From Octopus vulgaris (Eukaryota), in NCBI GenBank assembly GCA_951406725.2, contig OX597814.1, positions 26,970,001 to 27,034,000 on the forward strand: a DNA stretch of 64,000 bases, given 5' to 3'. The translations under genes were made by a program, and so were the position numbers. The notes below the pieces were generated by a model. It did no database searches and was not told the origin of the DNA. It saw only the letters and a list, made by a program, of their open reading frames with translations. Position 1 is the stretch's first letter; every line of letters begins with the position of its first letter. Positions 42,226-55,392 of this stretch are shown here, in pieces.

Positions 42226-42770
42226 TTAGAGGTAGATGTGTGTGTGTGAGTGTGTGAGTGCTTTTATATATATAAATATATATGTGTGTGTGTGTAATGT
42301 ATATATATATATATATATCTGTGTGAGAATATATGTCTTTTTTTGCAAGTTGTTTTCTTGTAATTAATACTTCCTATACCTAATTTCATTCTCTGTCAGA
42401 TCTCATTATCTATTAATCGAAAAGTAAAATTCATTTCATGAAATTATTATAGTTACTGTTGTTACTGAAACTATTACAGCTGCTGTTATTGCTGTTGTTG
42501 TTTTTGTTAAAGACAGGTCGTACTTCACCCTTTACCACTACCATCACCTATTATTAAAGTTGTTTGTCAAAGTGGAATATTTTCTGGTATCCATTACCAG
42601 ACTGAAATATTTCCTGTTATCCATATTTTTTAAAAGGTAAAGAAAAAAACATATTTAACAGAAATTGTTTAATTATTCACAGTTCACAAGACTTTACGTA
42701 TAAACATATATAAATGTATATGTGTGTGTGTATGTATGTATGCATGTATGTATGTATGTATGTATGTATG

Positions 42771-42804
<34 letters not shown>

Positions 42805-43248
42805 TATAGAGAGAGAGAGACACACACACACACAGGGTATTGTGTGTGTGCATGTGTGTGTGTGTGTATGCTTGCATACATGTATGTGAAAATTACTAAT
42901 GTGCTCCTATGTATGTATTAGGAACATATCTGGATAAGCAAGACTAAAACCATAAATATTTATGATTAATTTAAAAAGTAAATGATCTCCAATTCATTAT
43001 AAAAATGCTAATTTAATGTATAGACATTAGAGTATATTTCTATAAATGGCTACTATTTTAGTATTAGATAGGCACAATATCTGCTGTGTCTCCAATTTAA
43101 TGTATATATTATCATGTATGATTATTAGTCCCACATTCCATATGTTTGGTTCTGTCATACTAAAACTATAGTTGAAATGGAGGCACAAATTAAATTGCCT
43201 CTATTAAATGTAATTACAGAGGAAAAGTGTGCATGAGTGTAGAAAGAA

Positions 43249-43735
43249 AGGCATGGCTAGGTGGTTCAGAAGTTTGCTTCCCAACCATTTGATTTCAGGT
43301 TCAGTCCCTCTGCACAGTACCTTGGGCAAGTGTTTTCTACCATTGCCCCAGGTCAACCAAAGCCATGTGAGTGGATTTGGTTGATGGAAACTAAAAGCCT
43401 GCCATATACTATATGCATGCATGCATGCATGTATGCATGTATGCATGTATGTATGTATGTATGTATGTATGTATGTATGTATGTATGTATGAGTGTGTTT
43501 GTGTGTACCTGTGTCTTGACATCGTATGGCAGTTGTAAATGAACATCATTATCATATGAGTGATTTTGTTAATTTCTAGTCTTCCATGGAAAACATGTCT
43601 AGCCATGGGAAATACCACCTTGCCTGGAAACTGGTGAGGGTTGGCAACAGGAAGAGCATCTGGGCATAAAAAATCTGTCTCAACAAATTCTGACACATGC
43701 AAGCATGGAAAAGGGGATGTTAAATGATGATAGTG
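43249..43735 (+). mobile_element. tRNA-derived SINE (head family 1, tail B)
   Basis: A and B boxes, a (TGCA/TGTA)n hinge, and tail tgtcttgacatc...ggaaactggtgagggttggcaacaggaagagcatc...gcaagcatggaaaaggggatgttaaatgatga. Confidence 0.85.
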
Positions 43736-43834
43736 GTGGCAGTAATGGCAGTGATGACAGCAGTGATGGTGATGGTGGTGACAGACAGACAGACAGGCAG
43801 ATGTTCATTGCTTTATGCATATGTGTGTGTATGG

Positions 43835-43873
<39 letters not shown>

Positions 43874-43910
43874 ACATAAAGGTGTCAGATCTTATTCACA
43901 TGTGGTTGTA

Positions 43911-45312
43911 GATATTTAAGCATCAACACAAAGATACAATTTACAACAGAATACAACCAGGAGGAACTACCATTCCTGGACATACTGATTAAAAAACAAA
44001 CAAAAACAAAATAGAAACCGACATCTTTCATAAAACGACAGATGCTAAGCAATACCTTCTTTTTAGCTCTTGTCACCCAAGACATACAAAAATAAACGTC
44101 CCCTTCAATCTTGCAAGGATCTGCACTATTGTTTTAGAGAAAAATACCAGGGATTTAAGATTACAAGAACTCAAAAACATACTCCTGGGCAGGCACTACC
44201 CAATCCATCTTATAAACGAAGGGATAAAACGTGTAAAATCCATCAATACTGAGGCACTAAGAAAAACCAAAGACAACAACAAACCTACTCTTAAAACATT
44301 ACTCTACATAGCAACATACAACCCCAGGGACAAAGAAGCATTCAACACAATCATGCAAAATCTACCAATTCTATATAAGGACCCTAAACTGAAAAGAATT
44401 TTACGTTACCTTAAAATAGTCAAAAGCAACAAACAGCCCAAGTCACTAAAGAAAATGCTAACAAATGCAAAATTACTTCCTACAACAACCAACGCAAAAG
44501 TGAAAAAATGTAATCATTCAAACTGTGGAACATGCCCCAAACTATTGGAAGGGTCAGAATACCATTTCAAACAAAGGCAACACTTTACAATCAAATCAGA
44601 TTTCACTTGTCCATCCAAAAATCTAATTTATGTGATCAGATGTTCAGGCTACCAGAAAGATTATGTCAGAAATACAGGAAATTCTATCTGCCGCCACTGT
44701 ACAGTGCACCAGCAACAAATAGCTTCACCACAATATTGCCAGATATATCTCAGTAAACATATTGATGTACGTGCTAAACAATTGCAACCACAATTCTATA
44801 TATTCCCTCTGTACAAATTTGCTGACTGGATCTCAACACAAGCTCATCTTAATAAAGAAGCCTCATTCATCCAGAAATATAAACCAGAACTGAACATTAA
44901 TTCATTTTAGTAACAACCAATCCTCACTAGAACAGAACAATATTCAATTCCTCTCTCTACCCTTGAAATATTTGTAAATAACCCCTAAAACTTGTGTATA
45001 TATCTCACAAATCTGTATACATTAAAAATATTAGTCCAAAGACCCTGGCAATACTTTGAAAGTAACTTGTATTTTTCAGATATATTGAAGAGTTGCGTCT
45101 CTTGACTGCAAAATTTATTGTCAACAACAAAAAGGGCGTACCTATGAGCCAAATTTGAGATTTTAGAAGCTTGATAAGCATGAGACACGAAACCAGGACT
45201 CCCAGTTTATTATATAATGTTATAATACAACTCTTCATGTCATTATGATATTAATACTAGCATAAATTTTATTATACAAACCTCCTGTCCATTTTTGCAT
45301 ATTTTTCTTTCT
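43911..45312 (+). mobile_element. 5'-truncated Penelope-like element: RT C-terminus, Cys-rich linker, GIY-YIG endonuclease, 3' region
   Basis: IQFTTEYNQEELPFLDILI, then TDIFHK.TD.KQYL and CHP.HTK. ORF 44353-44910 has KKC...CGTC, FTC.SKNLIYVIRC....DYV.NTG (GIY-YIG) and E..FI..YKPELN. Ends at a (TA)n tract. Confidence 0.92.
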
Positions 45313-46301
45313 TATATATATATATAATATGTATGTGTGTGTGTGACTGGAAATCATTTCAAAATGGGATCCTCAAACAGAACTGAAGAGAAAGTTTTTC
45401 TATGCAAGGCAAAACCATAAAAGTCAAGAACTGTTTATAATGCAAGTCATATGCATTATATATATTCCAGAAGGAAAGCCCAACATTCACAAAGATATAA
45501 TTTCCAGAGAAATGACAGTTCTTATGAGATGTAGAAGAAAGATTCTGTTTATGGCTACTTAGTCATCACCAAAGGTTCTGATTGCATGTAAAGTGCAAAA
45601 ACATCTCTCTTCCCAAGCTTTTGACTATGGCCACAAACTTCAAGCATAAAAAAAAATGAAGTGCAATAAAATGAAGTGAGCTAGTTCAATCAGGAATTGA
45701 ACCTTTGTTACAGACTATAAATTTGACTCCCCAGAAATTTACCATCATTCTATTGCTTTCTTAAATCAAAGATATTTAGAACTACTTCCTGTATGTTCTT
45801 ATATGAAAAAGTTTGATGGTACTTCTACATGGAGAAAATTGCATGATTCCTTTGTTTTCTTATTGACTACACTACATCATCGTTATTGTCCAATACTACT
45901 TCTAAACAGAAAGTTTTCACTTACAGGCCATTCTATTGGATTAGCTACAAGCTCTTGGGGTGGTCTCTATTCTGTAATAAGATTTGTTACCTGTTCAATT
46001 TAACTAATTGTATTTAGATGTGTAGTAATATTCAGAAATAAACTTGTGTTTTTTTCTGTGTTTTGAGAATATCTGTTTATTGATTGTTACCATCACCATT
46101 GTTATCATTATCGACATCGTCATCACAATCCTGATATGAATTCTATTTTCTTTTGTAAGCACCATTATCTAACAATATGCAACAGTGAAAGTGAAACTAG
46201 TCTTGATATTTATAAATATATTTTCATATCTAGCAATATTGGACAGAGCCTATAAATAGTTTGAAGAATATTTGTTAAATTTTAAATGAAAAACTAATAT
46301 A

Positions 46302-46590
46302 GTGGAAGAAGAAGGAGAAGAAGAAGAAGAAGAAGGAGGAGAAGAAGAAGAAGAAGAAGAAGAAGAAGAAGAAGAAGAATATGAAGAAGAAGAAGATGAA
46401 GAAGATGAAGAAGAAGAAGATGAAGAAGAAGATGAAGAAGAAGAAGATGAAGAAGAAGAAGAAGAAGAAAATAGAGGAGGAGACAGGGAGGAGTGGGAAG
46501 GGAGCAGAGGCAGAGTTTGAGAAAAGGAGGCAGCAGAAGACAAAAGAAAGAAGGAGGAAGAGGAGGAGGAGGAGGAGGAGGAGGAAAGAA
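46302..46590 (+). repeat. (GAA)n/(GAT)/(GGA)n polypurine tract
   Basis: About 165 bp of GAA/GAT triplets followed by GGA-rich sequence; almost no pyrimidines on the + strand. Confidence 0.95.
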
Positions 46591-47769
46591 CTGTTGCTTT
46601 CTGAGAAGGAATTTATTTCTTTAAAATTTATTGCAAACATTTATGGTTTTCATCCTCAAGTGACTAGACTCTTGGGAAGAAAGCATTTATTAATTCAATT
46701 CTCATTATCCATAGGGTTTCCCAAGAGACAAGCTTTTTAATGCAATTTACTACATAGTGAGCAGTATTTTATCATCATTAAGCTTCACTTCTAATTAACT
46801 TTAACCAAATTTGTTTATTTAGTTATGTCTTCAAAAATTCTTCTCCATTAAAATTAACAATTCCTTATTTATGATTATATTTCATTCTGAATCCTCTTGT
46901 TGCTTCATTCAATTAACAAATTATAATTTATTTCAATATTTAATTGTGCTTTTTATTGTTGTTAGTTTTATTTGGACTGTATGCCGAATTTTACATGTAA
47001 ATAGTCTTTCAAAAATCATAACGGTTTTTAGAAATGCTTCTTTGGCATCAATTTCTTTTATCAGCTGAATAACTCCACAAAAATATCTTTATTTAGTTGT
47101 TTATCACAGTTTTTTTCCAGCTTTTTTTCCTGTACTTTCCAAACTTTTTTCTGAGTAACAAAGACAGTATAACATAATTTTTCTATCTAATCCCAAAATC
47201 TGAATTCCACTCTTATATCCCAACTAAAACTCACAATAGAACTTATTCATTCTTCAGAGTACCAAACAGAAATTATTCTATCATATTGCACCCTAAACAT
47301 TCAATTACAAGTTAGAAGAATCTAGAACAAAAGAAGGTCCTGGATCAAATAAGACCATGGACCTTAATTTATATGATATGCTATCATATATATCATAAAT
47401 ATATAGTCGATTGCATATCATCAGAAGTGTTGTGATGTGTTCGTTTACATTGGACTTGTAATATCTTGCAAACCATTAAATTGTCCACACACCTATAAAG
47501 TCTTTTATTATAATATAGTAATTTAAAAACATAATATACTAGATTCTCTTATGATTGCTTTTTTTTGTTCCAAAACTTCAAGATAACAAGGTGCTCATCA
47601 ATTAGACTATGAACATAGTGGTAACAACAGAAAATTGTAGCCCCTTATTGAGTAGAAACACCAAGCTGCTGAATGTTATTTTCTCACTAGGAACACATCA
47701 CAACACTTCTGATGATATGCAATCGACTATATATTTATGATATATATGATAGCATATCATATAAATATA

Positions 47770-47880
<111 letters not shown>

Positions 47881-48069
47881 TCAAAATTTACAGGTCTGAT
47901 TGTCCAGAGCTAAGTGGGTTTACTTGACAACAAATTTAGAATGCAATAAAATGTATTGTTCATTTACCAAATTTTTTCATATAATAAATGATAAAAAATA
48001 TATTTTGTTCAAATACTTTCTTCTTTTTTTCACTTTCCATCAATAAAGACTATTTCTTTCATTTTTCAG

Positions 48070-48200
48070 GGCCACTAAATCGACCAAAGGATTTCCGTGT
48101 CGATCCCCATTTTGAGATGCAACCCCACGAAGTACATTTTATCTGGGAAGCAGTAAATATGTCTGAACGACAAGTACAAGGAGAATTCAAAGGATATAAA
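48070..48200 (+). CDS. Next coding exon of the same L1CAM/neuroglian-like gene; N-terminal part of FnIII repeat 3
   Basis: Acceptor tttctttcatttttcag| at 48069 and donor |gtatgt at 48201; 131 nt, phase 1 to phase 0. C+GG completes an Arg codon: (R)PLNRPKDFRVDPHFEMQPHEVHFIWEAVNMSERQVQGEFKGYK. This is collinear with neuroglian GYSGEDRPLDAP...W..V....VRGHFKGYK. Confidence 0.92.
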
Positions 48201-49529
48201 GTATGTATATCTATGCAATTCTCTAATATTTTATGATAACTAATAATGAAATAACTTCTACAATTACCAAATAACAATGAAGTCTGTTCACAAAATTAAG
48301 TTATCTAGCTTATGGGGAACTAAATAACATACATACATAGCTAATCTTGAGTATTCATTTATTTTTAAAATACTTAACTATATTTAAATCTATTACAAAT
48401 TTATTTTATATGAAAATTATTTAGATCAGTGAAAATTATATAAAATATATGTGGTACATATGGAAATATAACTAAAACTTTTGAACCATGAAGAAACCTC
48501 TACATTATTGCTTGATCTACAAGAATTGCTAGTTAAATCACACATAAACATCCTGAGAAAGGAAAGAAGTCATTGACTAATGTAGTCCTAAATATTCTAC
48601 AGCTGAAGAAAAGACTGGACAGGTAGTGCTAGAATGCCTTAAATCATTGATCTGTTCAATCAGGGCTGACCTAGACTAAACAACAGTCTAAGGTTATGAC
48701 TCTACACATGAAGATTTAGTTGTCTGGTCAACTGAATTCAATTTGCAGGTAAGTGGTTGCCCATTCCACAGATAATTGTGTTCTTAATATATTTTTCAAT
48801 TTTTGGGTAGAATTAGTTTGATACAGTTGTACAGATATAGTTCATCCGAAAGGCTATTTCACAGTTTCCTTATAACCTATTTCAGCTTCCTTATAACCTA
48901 TAGTTTGACCCGTGGTTATAGAAAATCGCCTTTGCCCAAGAGGTCAAGTAATAGGATAACCTGAGACTTCATGGTTCTAAAGTGAACTTCTTAAACAGTC
49001 AGACATACTGAATGTGCCCTAAGAAAATAACAACACATGCAATGAAGAAAATTAAAAATTCTTGTACATCAAAAGATTAACTCAGTGTCTGAGATTACTT
49101 ATAGGATAATAATTTTTCAAGTAATTACCCTCATATTTCTCATATTACAAAAAGAAATCTTTTCTTTTTCCACATTTACGTCTATATCACATTTCTATCT
49201 TTTGATATCCTGTTGTCAAATGTTCTTAAATGAAATTGAATCTGGTACTATGTACATCTCCAAGAATAAGATACCTAATTATGATGATAGAAGATTAAAC
49301 CAATCAAAATGCATAGTAGATGTAAATATCAAACTTGAAAATAATAATTGCATTAAAACCAATTATGATCATTCTTAAAGTAGAATTGCTACATATATAT
49401 GTGATTTTTTATTTAGAAGCATGAACTAGATAGGTTTGTACTTTGGGGATTTCCCCATGGTTTATTGCTATGCATTCTCAAATAAGAAGATTTATGAACT
49501 GTATACCATCACTTTTCATGAAACAAGAC

Positions 49530-49968
49530 TGAATAAAGGGTGATAAAGAAGATTTAAAATCTACCACTGCCTCTTCTCCTACCTCTATAAGCTGTTTACA
49601 AAGGTCAAAGTCATCAGACTATCAAAATACCTCGATGACCAACGGCCAAAAGAGCAAGCAGATTTCCAAAGGCTTAAGATTTTTCCCCTGTTTCATTCTA
49701 TTTCATTTCAAAACCACCAGGCTAAATTAAGCTCTATGTAACTCCAGCATAAAAGAGGCTATGCACTTTTGGCCTGTACATCTGAAGAGTCGTCCAATAC
49801 ACAGACATCATCATCATCATCATCATCGTTTAACGTCCGTTCTCCATGCTAGCATGGGTTGGACGGTTCGACCGGGGTTCTGGGAAGCCAGAAGGCTGCA
49901 CCAGGCTCCAGTCTAATCTGGCAATGTTTCTACAGCTGGATGCCCTTCCTAACGCCAACCACTCCGTG

Positions 49969-50023
<55 letters not shown>

Positions 50024-50200
50024 CTATCAAAATACCTCGATGACCAACGGCCAAAAGAGCAAGCAGATTTCCATATGAATTTTAGTACAATATATCACAT
50101 ATTCACATAGAATAATCAAATGAATACAAGCTTCCTCTGTCTATCACTTTTGTTGATTATTCCAATAGCATTGAAATGAATGCAGCGTTGACTCACAACC
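49530..50200 (+). mobile_element. Decayed RTE-clade RT N-terminal fragment, interrupted by a duplication/insertion
   Basis: KGDKEDLK...YKLFTKVKVIRLSKYLDDQRPKEQADF, resuming at 50074 as HMNFSTIYHIF...LSITFVDY. Confidence 0.75.
49809..49967 (-). mobile_element. Young short RTE-family 3'-end copy with TSD gacat
   Basis: CpGs intact (cgtttaacgtccg...ggacggttcgaccgg). gacat occurs at 49804-49808 and 49968-49972. Confidence 0.85.
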
Positions 50201-50269
50201 ACTTCTTCATAGAGCACAGCTTCTGTGTTATATTGACCATTTACTGAATACTTTCTTAGAACCTACATG

Positions 50270-50730
50270 AGCATTCTACCCCTGTCCATGGTTTTTTTGT
50301 TTGCTTTTTTTTTTTGGTCCTAACTGATATTTTTTTGACATTAAAAGCTCAGATGAATAATACCCTTAAACGATGTCTGTTGAATATTTTCTCAACCTGT
50401 GGTTCTGTGTAGAATGACTATTCACTAACCTAAGGGAAGCTCTTAGCATGTAGGTGCTCATGTTGGGTGAAGAAAGGAGGGCAAACCAAGTGACTTTTTC
50501 TTGTGTGGTCTTTAACCTCATGTCTGTTAGACCCTTGTTATATAATAGGAAGCCACTGCATTAAAGACATTTTTATTTGAGGATAGGTTCTAGATTCTCC
50601 TACTGACAACCTTTACAAAGTTTTGAAAGACAATTGGCAGTTGGGAATTTCTTACCTGGGGTATCTAGTATAGAAAGGCTTAAGATTTTTCCCCTGTTTC
50701 ATTCTATTTCATTTCAAAACCACCAGGCTA
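50270..50730 (-). mobile_element. Decayed Penelope-like element (RT thumb/linker)
   Basis: Minus-strand remnants RRI*NLSSNKNVFNAVASYY and EKIFNRHRLRV resemble the PLE motifs RIS.LSS....F..A..YY and KIFNR..V.SYS. Confidence 0.5.
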
Positions 50731-50814
50731 AATTAAGCTCTATGTAACTCCAGCATAAAAGAGGCTATGCACTTTTGGCCTGTACATCTGAAGAGTCGTC
50801 CAATACACAGACAT

Positions 50815-50816
50815 AT

Positions 50817-50897
<81 letters not shown>

Positions 50898-50952
50898 AAT
50901 ATATATAGATAGATAGATAGATAGATATATATAGATATATAGGTAGATATAT

Positions 50953-50983
<31 letters not shown>

Positions 50984-51516
50984 TATATAGATATATAGGT
51001 AGATATATATAGATATATATAGATATATAGGTAGATATATATAGATATATGGATAGATATATATATATAGATAGATATATATAGATAGATATATATAGAT
51101 AGATATATATATATAAAGATATATATATATATATATATATATCTATATATATATATAGATAAATATATAGATATATATATATATAGATATATATGTATAT
51201 ATATGCATGTGTGTGTGGGAGGGGTGTATTCACACGCATAAATACATACACATGTATATATACACATACAGATATACATATATATGTATATAAGCAAATA
51301 TATATATAGTAAATCCAAGAAAAGAACAAAAAAAACACAACAATGCAAGGACATGGTACATGTAAATTATTAGCAGATGCTCAGGGAAGAAAAGAAAGAT
51401 GGTTTAACATTTTGAGCAATGCTCTTCTTCAGAAATAGAGGAAAGTCCAATAGAAAGGAAGATGATGGAAGAAAATCACCAACAATTCACATGTGGCTAC
51501 ATTTTGAAATAAATAA

Positions 51517-51576
<60 letters not shown>

Positions 51577-52595
51577 GCAGACAGACAGACAGATAGACAG
51601 ACAGATACGTACATACATACATTCATAAATACATACATACACATACACACATGCATACATACATACATAAATAAAGAAAGAAAGAAATACATGCATAAAT
51701 ACATACACACATACACACACATTTAGTATACATAAAACTGTTGAGGAAATCTCTTTCACATTTTCATAGTAGCAAAGTTTCATAAATATTCAGTCCTTAA
51801 AGAGTAAAGAGAATCTAACCTTTATCTAATATGTTGTTACTAAACATTAAGTATACATCTGTCAAATGTTTGCTTGTTATATAACCTCACCATGTCAACT
51901 TCACTAATAACATAACAATGACACAACAAAGTCAGTGCTTGACAGAAAATTACACGCTACAAATGCCCCTTCCCCATCATCCCTGCAATTCACTCATCCA
52001 TTCTGATCCTACCCGACCATCATTATCAGCACCCCAGCCACTGCTGTTCCTAACACAAAACTATTGACTATACATATTTATTTATGTATATTTATTTGAC
52101 TGACATAAAGTGTTGTTTTGATTTTTCATTTTCGCTTAGCTTTATATTTCATTTTCTATGATTTATTTATTCATTTAGGAGGTGGGATGATAGGGAGGGA
52201 AACCACCTGTCCCTCCCCCTTTTATGCATTAGCTCAAAAACCCATCACCAGCATATCCACAAAATGCTATCCTAAATATAAGAGCTTGAGTGATATGAGT
52301 GCTTTTGTTGTTGTTGTTTTTATTCCCAAGTTATATTATTACCTAAAATTACTATAACAATGTATTCTCTCCAAAGCATTCCCTCAGTAACAAAGGGAAA
52401 GTCATTGTTTCCTATAATTTTCGGTAATTATATTCACCAACCATCAAAAACAAAAAATAGGATAATCTACAAAATACTCAACAACTCAACAATAATTACT
52501 TAAGCAGAGAGAGAAAATTGCGCAAAAAAATGTATGTGCCAAATATATATATATATATATTATGCATTTATATATTTGTGTGTGCATGTACATAT

Positions 52596-52672
<77 letters not shown>

Positions 52673-52728
52673 GATATATACACAAACATATATATACATA
52701 TGTATATATATATATATATATATACATT

Positions 52729-52776
<48 letters not shown>

Positions 52777-53502
52777 CATATATATATATACACATATATG
52801 TATATATATATATAAACATATATATATATAAACATGCATGTATTTATGCTCGAGCATATATGTATATATATCATACATACATGGATGTGAGTACAATATG
52901 TGTCTGTGTATGTATATGCATGGAAGACAGGCATTAAACGATGATGATGATGATGATGATAATGATATACATATATTCATACATACTCATATGAATGTAT
53001 GTGATTATAGTGTGTGTATGTACACAAAAATCTATGTTTAAGTTTATATGTGAACATATTAACAGTTGTCTGTCATATTCATATATATTTATAGGTTTAT
53101 TCAGTGGTGTATGTTCCTGTGTTTGCACATTTTATTTATTTAAATGGTGTATGAACAGACACACATATACTCTTAGACAATTAGATACACAGAGTGAATG
53201 CAATGCACACACCAATAGTTAGTTAGAGTAGATAGATGAATTTACATAAAAGTTTATACACTTGTATAGACTCATGCATATATGCAAGCCCATATTTGAC
53301 TATGCACATAAATAAGTAAACACATAGTTTAGTATGTGTAATCTTGCACAAATGTTGCAGTTTGCTGTTACAATATGGATATATGTATGAACATGTTTCT
53401 ATTTGACTATGTGTATGCAATATATGTAAATACATTGCATACATTATATATGTACACATATATGCATACATAAATACAAATATATATACATGGCATATGT
53501 AG

Positions 53503-53543
<41 letters not shown>

Positions 53544-53663
53544 TATAGATAGATAGATAGATAGATATGATATATGTAGTTATATGCATATATATGTATA
53601 TGTGTGTATATATACATAGATATGTATATACGTGTGTATTTATATGTGTGTGTGTTTGCATAT

Positions 53664-53715
<52 letters not shown>

Positions 53716-53830
53716 ATATATATATATGTATGTATGTATATATACACACATGTCTATGTATATATCTATGTGTATATATGTATATAATTCACTTACATAT
53801 ATATACATATATACTTCAACATACAGAGAT
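50815..53830. repeat. Dense compound microsatellite field ((GATA)n, (TA)n, (TG)n, (GACA)n)
   Basis: Direct reading. Similar fields occur at ~13100-13620, 33620-34310, 36860-37150 and 42160-42880. Confidence 0.9.
51307..51510 (-). mobile_element. Second copy of the TA-flanked hammerhead-bearing element
   Basis: Collinear with 9411-9630. The minus strand at 51401-51436 reads AUUU-CUGAAGA-A-GAGC-auu-GCUC-AAAAU-GUU-AAAC. Confidence 0.65.
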
Positions 53831-54171
53831 ATTTTTGTATATAGTATAGGTACACACATACAAGTAGTAACCAGAATTGGAAACCCATACTCAAATGTGT
53901 TTTACATCCAGCCTTGTTTGTCTTCTGACTGAGTGTATGGTTGGCTAAATGAAGCTATTTGCAGAAAACGTATATTTATGAGTATTTGTAATCTGAATTA
54001 ACACACATTTATATATCCATTAGTTGATGCCGATTTCTGATACAGGAGTTTCTCGTACAATTTTATGCTTTCCTTGGTAAAACAATGAAATGCTGTATGT
54101 ATTTACAAGGCTAGACTATTTTCATTTAAGGCTCACCTGATGTTAAACAACAAAAACAATATCAAATACTT

Positions 54172-54582
54172 TGTGTGGTTGAGGAGTTTGCTATCTACCA
54201 CATGGTTTTAGGTTCAGTCTATGTGGCACCTCCTTTCTCCTATTTAGAGCCCTGGACCAACCAAAGCCATGTGAGTAGATTTGACAGACAGAAACTGTAA
54301 GGCGTCTTTTGGATATATATATATAAGTATGTATATGTGTGTTAGTGTCCCCTTGTTTTGACATTGCATGGTAGTTGTAAATGAATGCTACCTTCATACA
54401 AGTGGTATTTTTCATTTCCAATCTTCCTTGAAAGCATGTCTGACCATGGAGAAATATTATCTTGCTTGGAAACAGGTGAGTGCTAATGAGAGAAAGGGCA
54501 TCCAGCTGCAGAAAATTTGCGCCAACAAATCAAGTTCAACCCATGTAAGCATGGAAAAGTAGATATAAAATGATGATGATAG
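54172..54582 (+). mobile_element. tRNA-derived SINE (head family 1, tail B)
   Basis: ggttcagtc B box, accaaagccatgtgagt body, and tail B ending gcatggaaaagtagatataaaatgatgatgat. Confidence 0.8.
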
Positions 54583-54791
54583 TTGTTTTATACATATATG
54601 TATGTATGTGTGTGTATGTATGTATGTACGGTCATAGGCATAGATGTGTATATATATATATATAAATATATATGTGTTGATATTTATACCAACACATATA
54701 TATACACACACACAGACTTATACATAAAATATTTGAAAAAACCTTTTATCAGTTCAAAATGAACAACCAAATTATACCATCTTGAAAGTTG

Positions 54792-55392
<601 letters not shown>

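Larger units (their letters stand above)
49616..50814 (+). repeat. Recent complex local duplication X-Y-(RTE tail)-(GATA)n-X-Z-Y-(GATA)n
   Basis: X: 49616-49668 = 50021-50073 (53 bp). Y: 49668-49808 = 50674-50814 (141 bp). Both appear identical by eye. Confidence 0.9.

Noticed and set aside
46250-46740. Poly-Glu, poly-Lys, poly-Ser and poly-Phe ORFs
   Set aside because: They are frames of the GAA repeat, with no splice sites or domain context.
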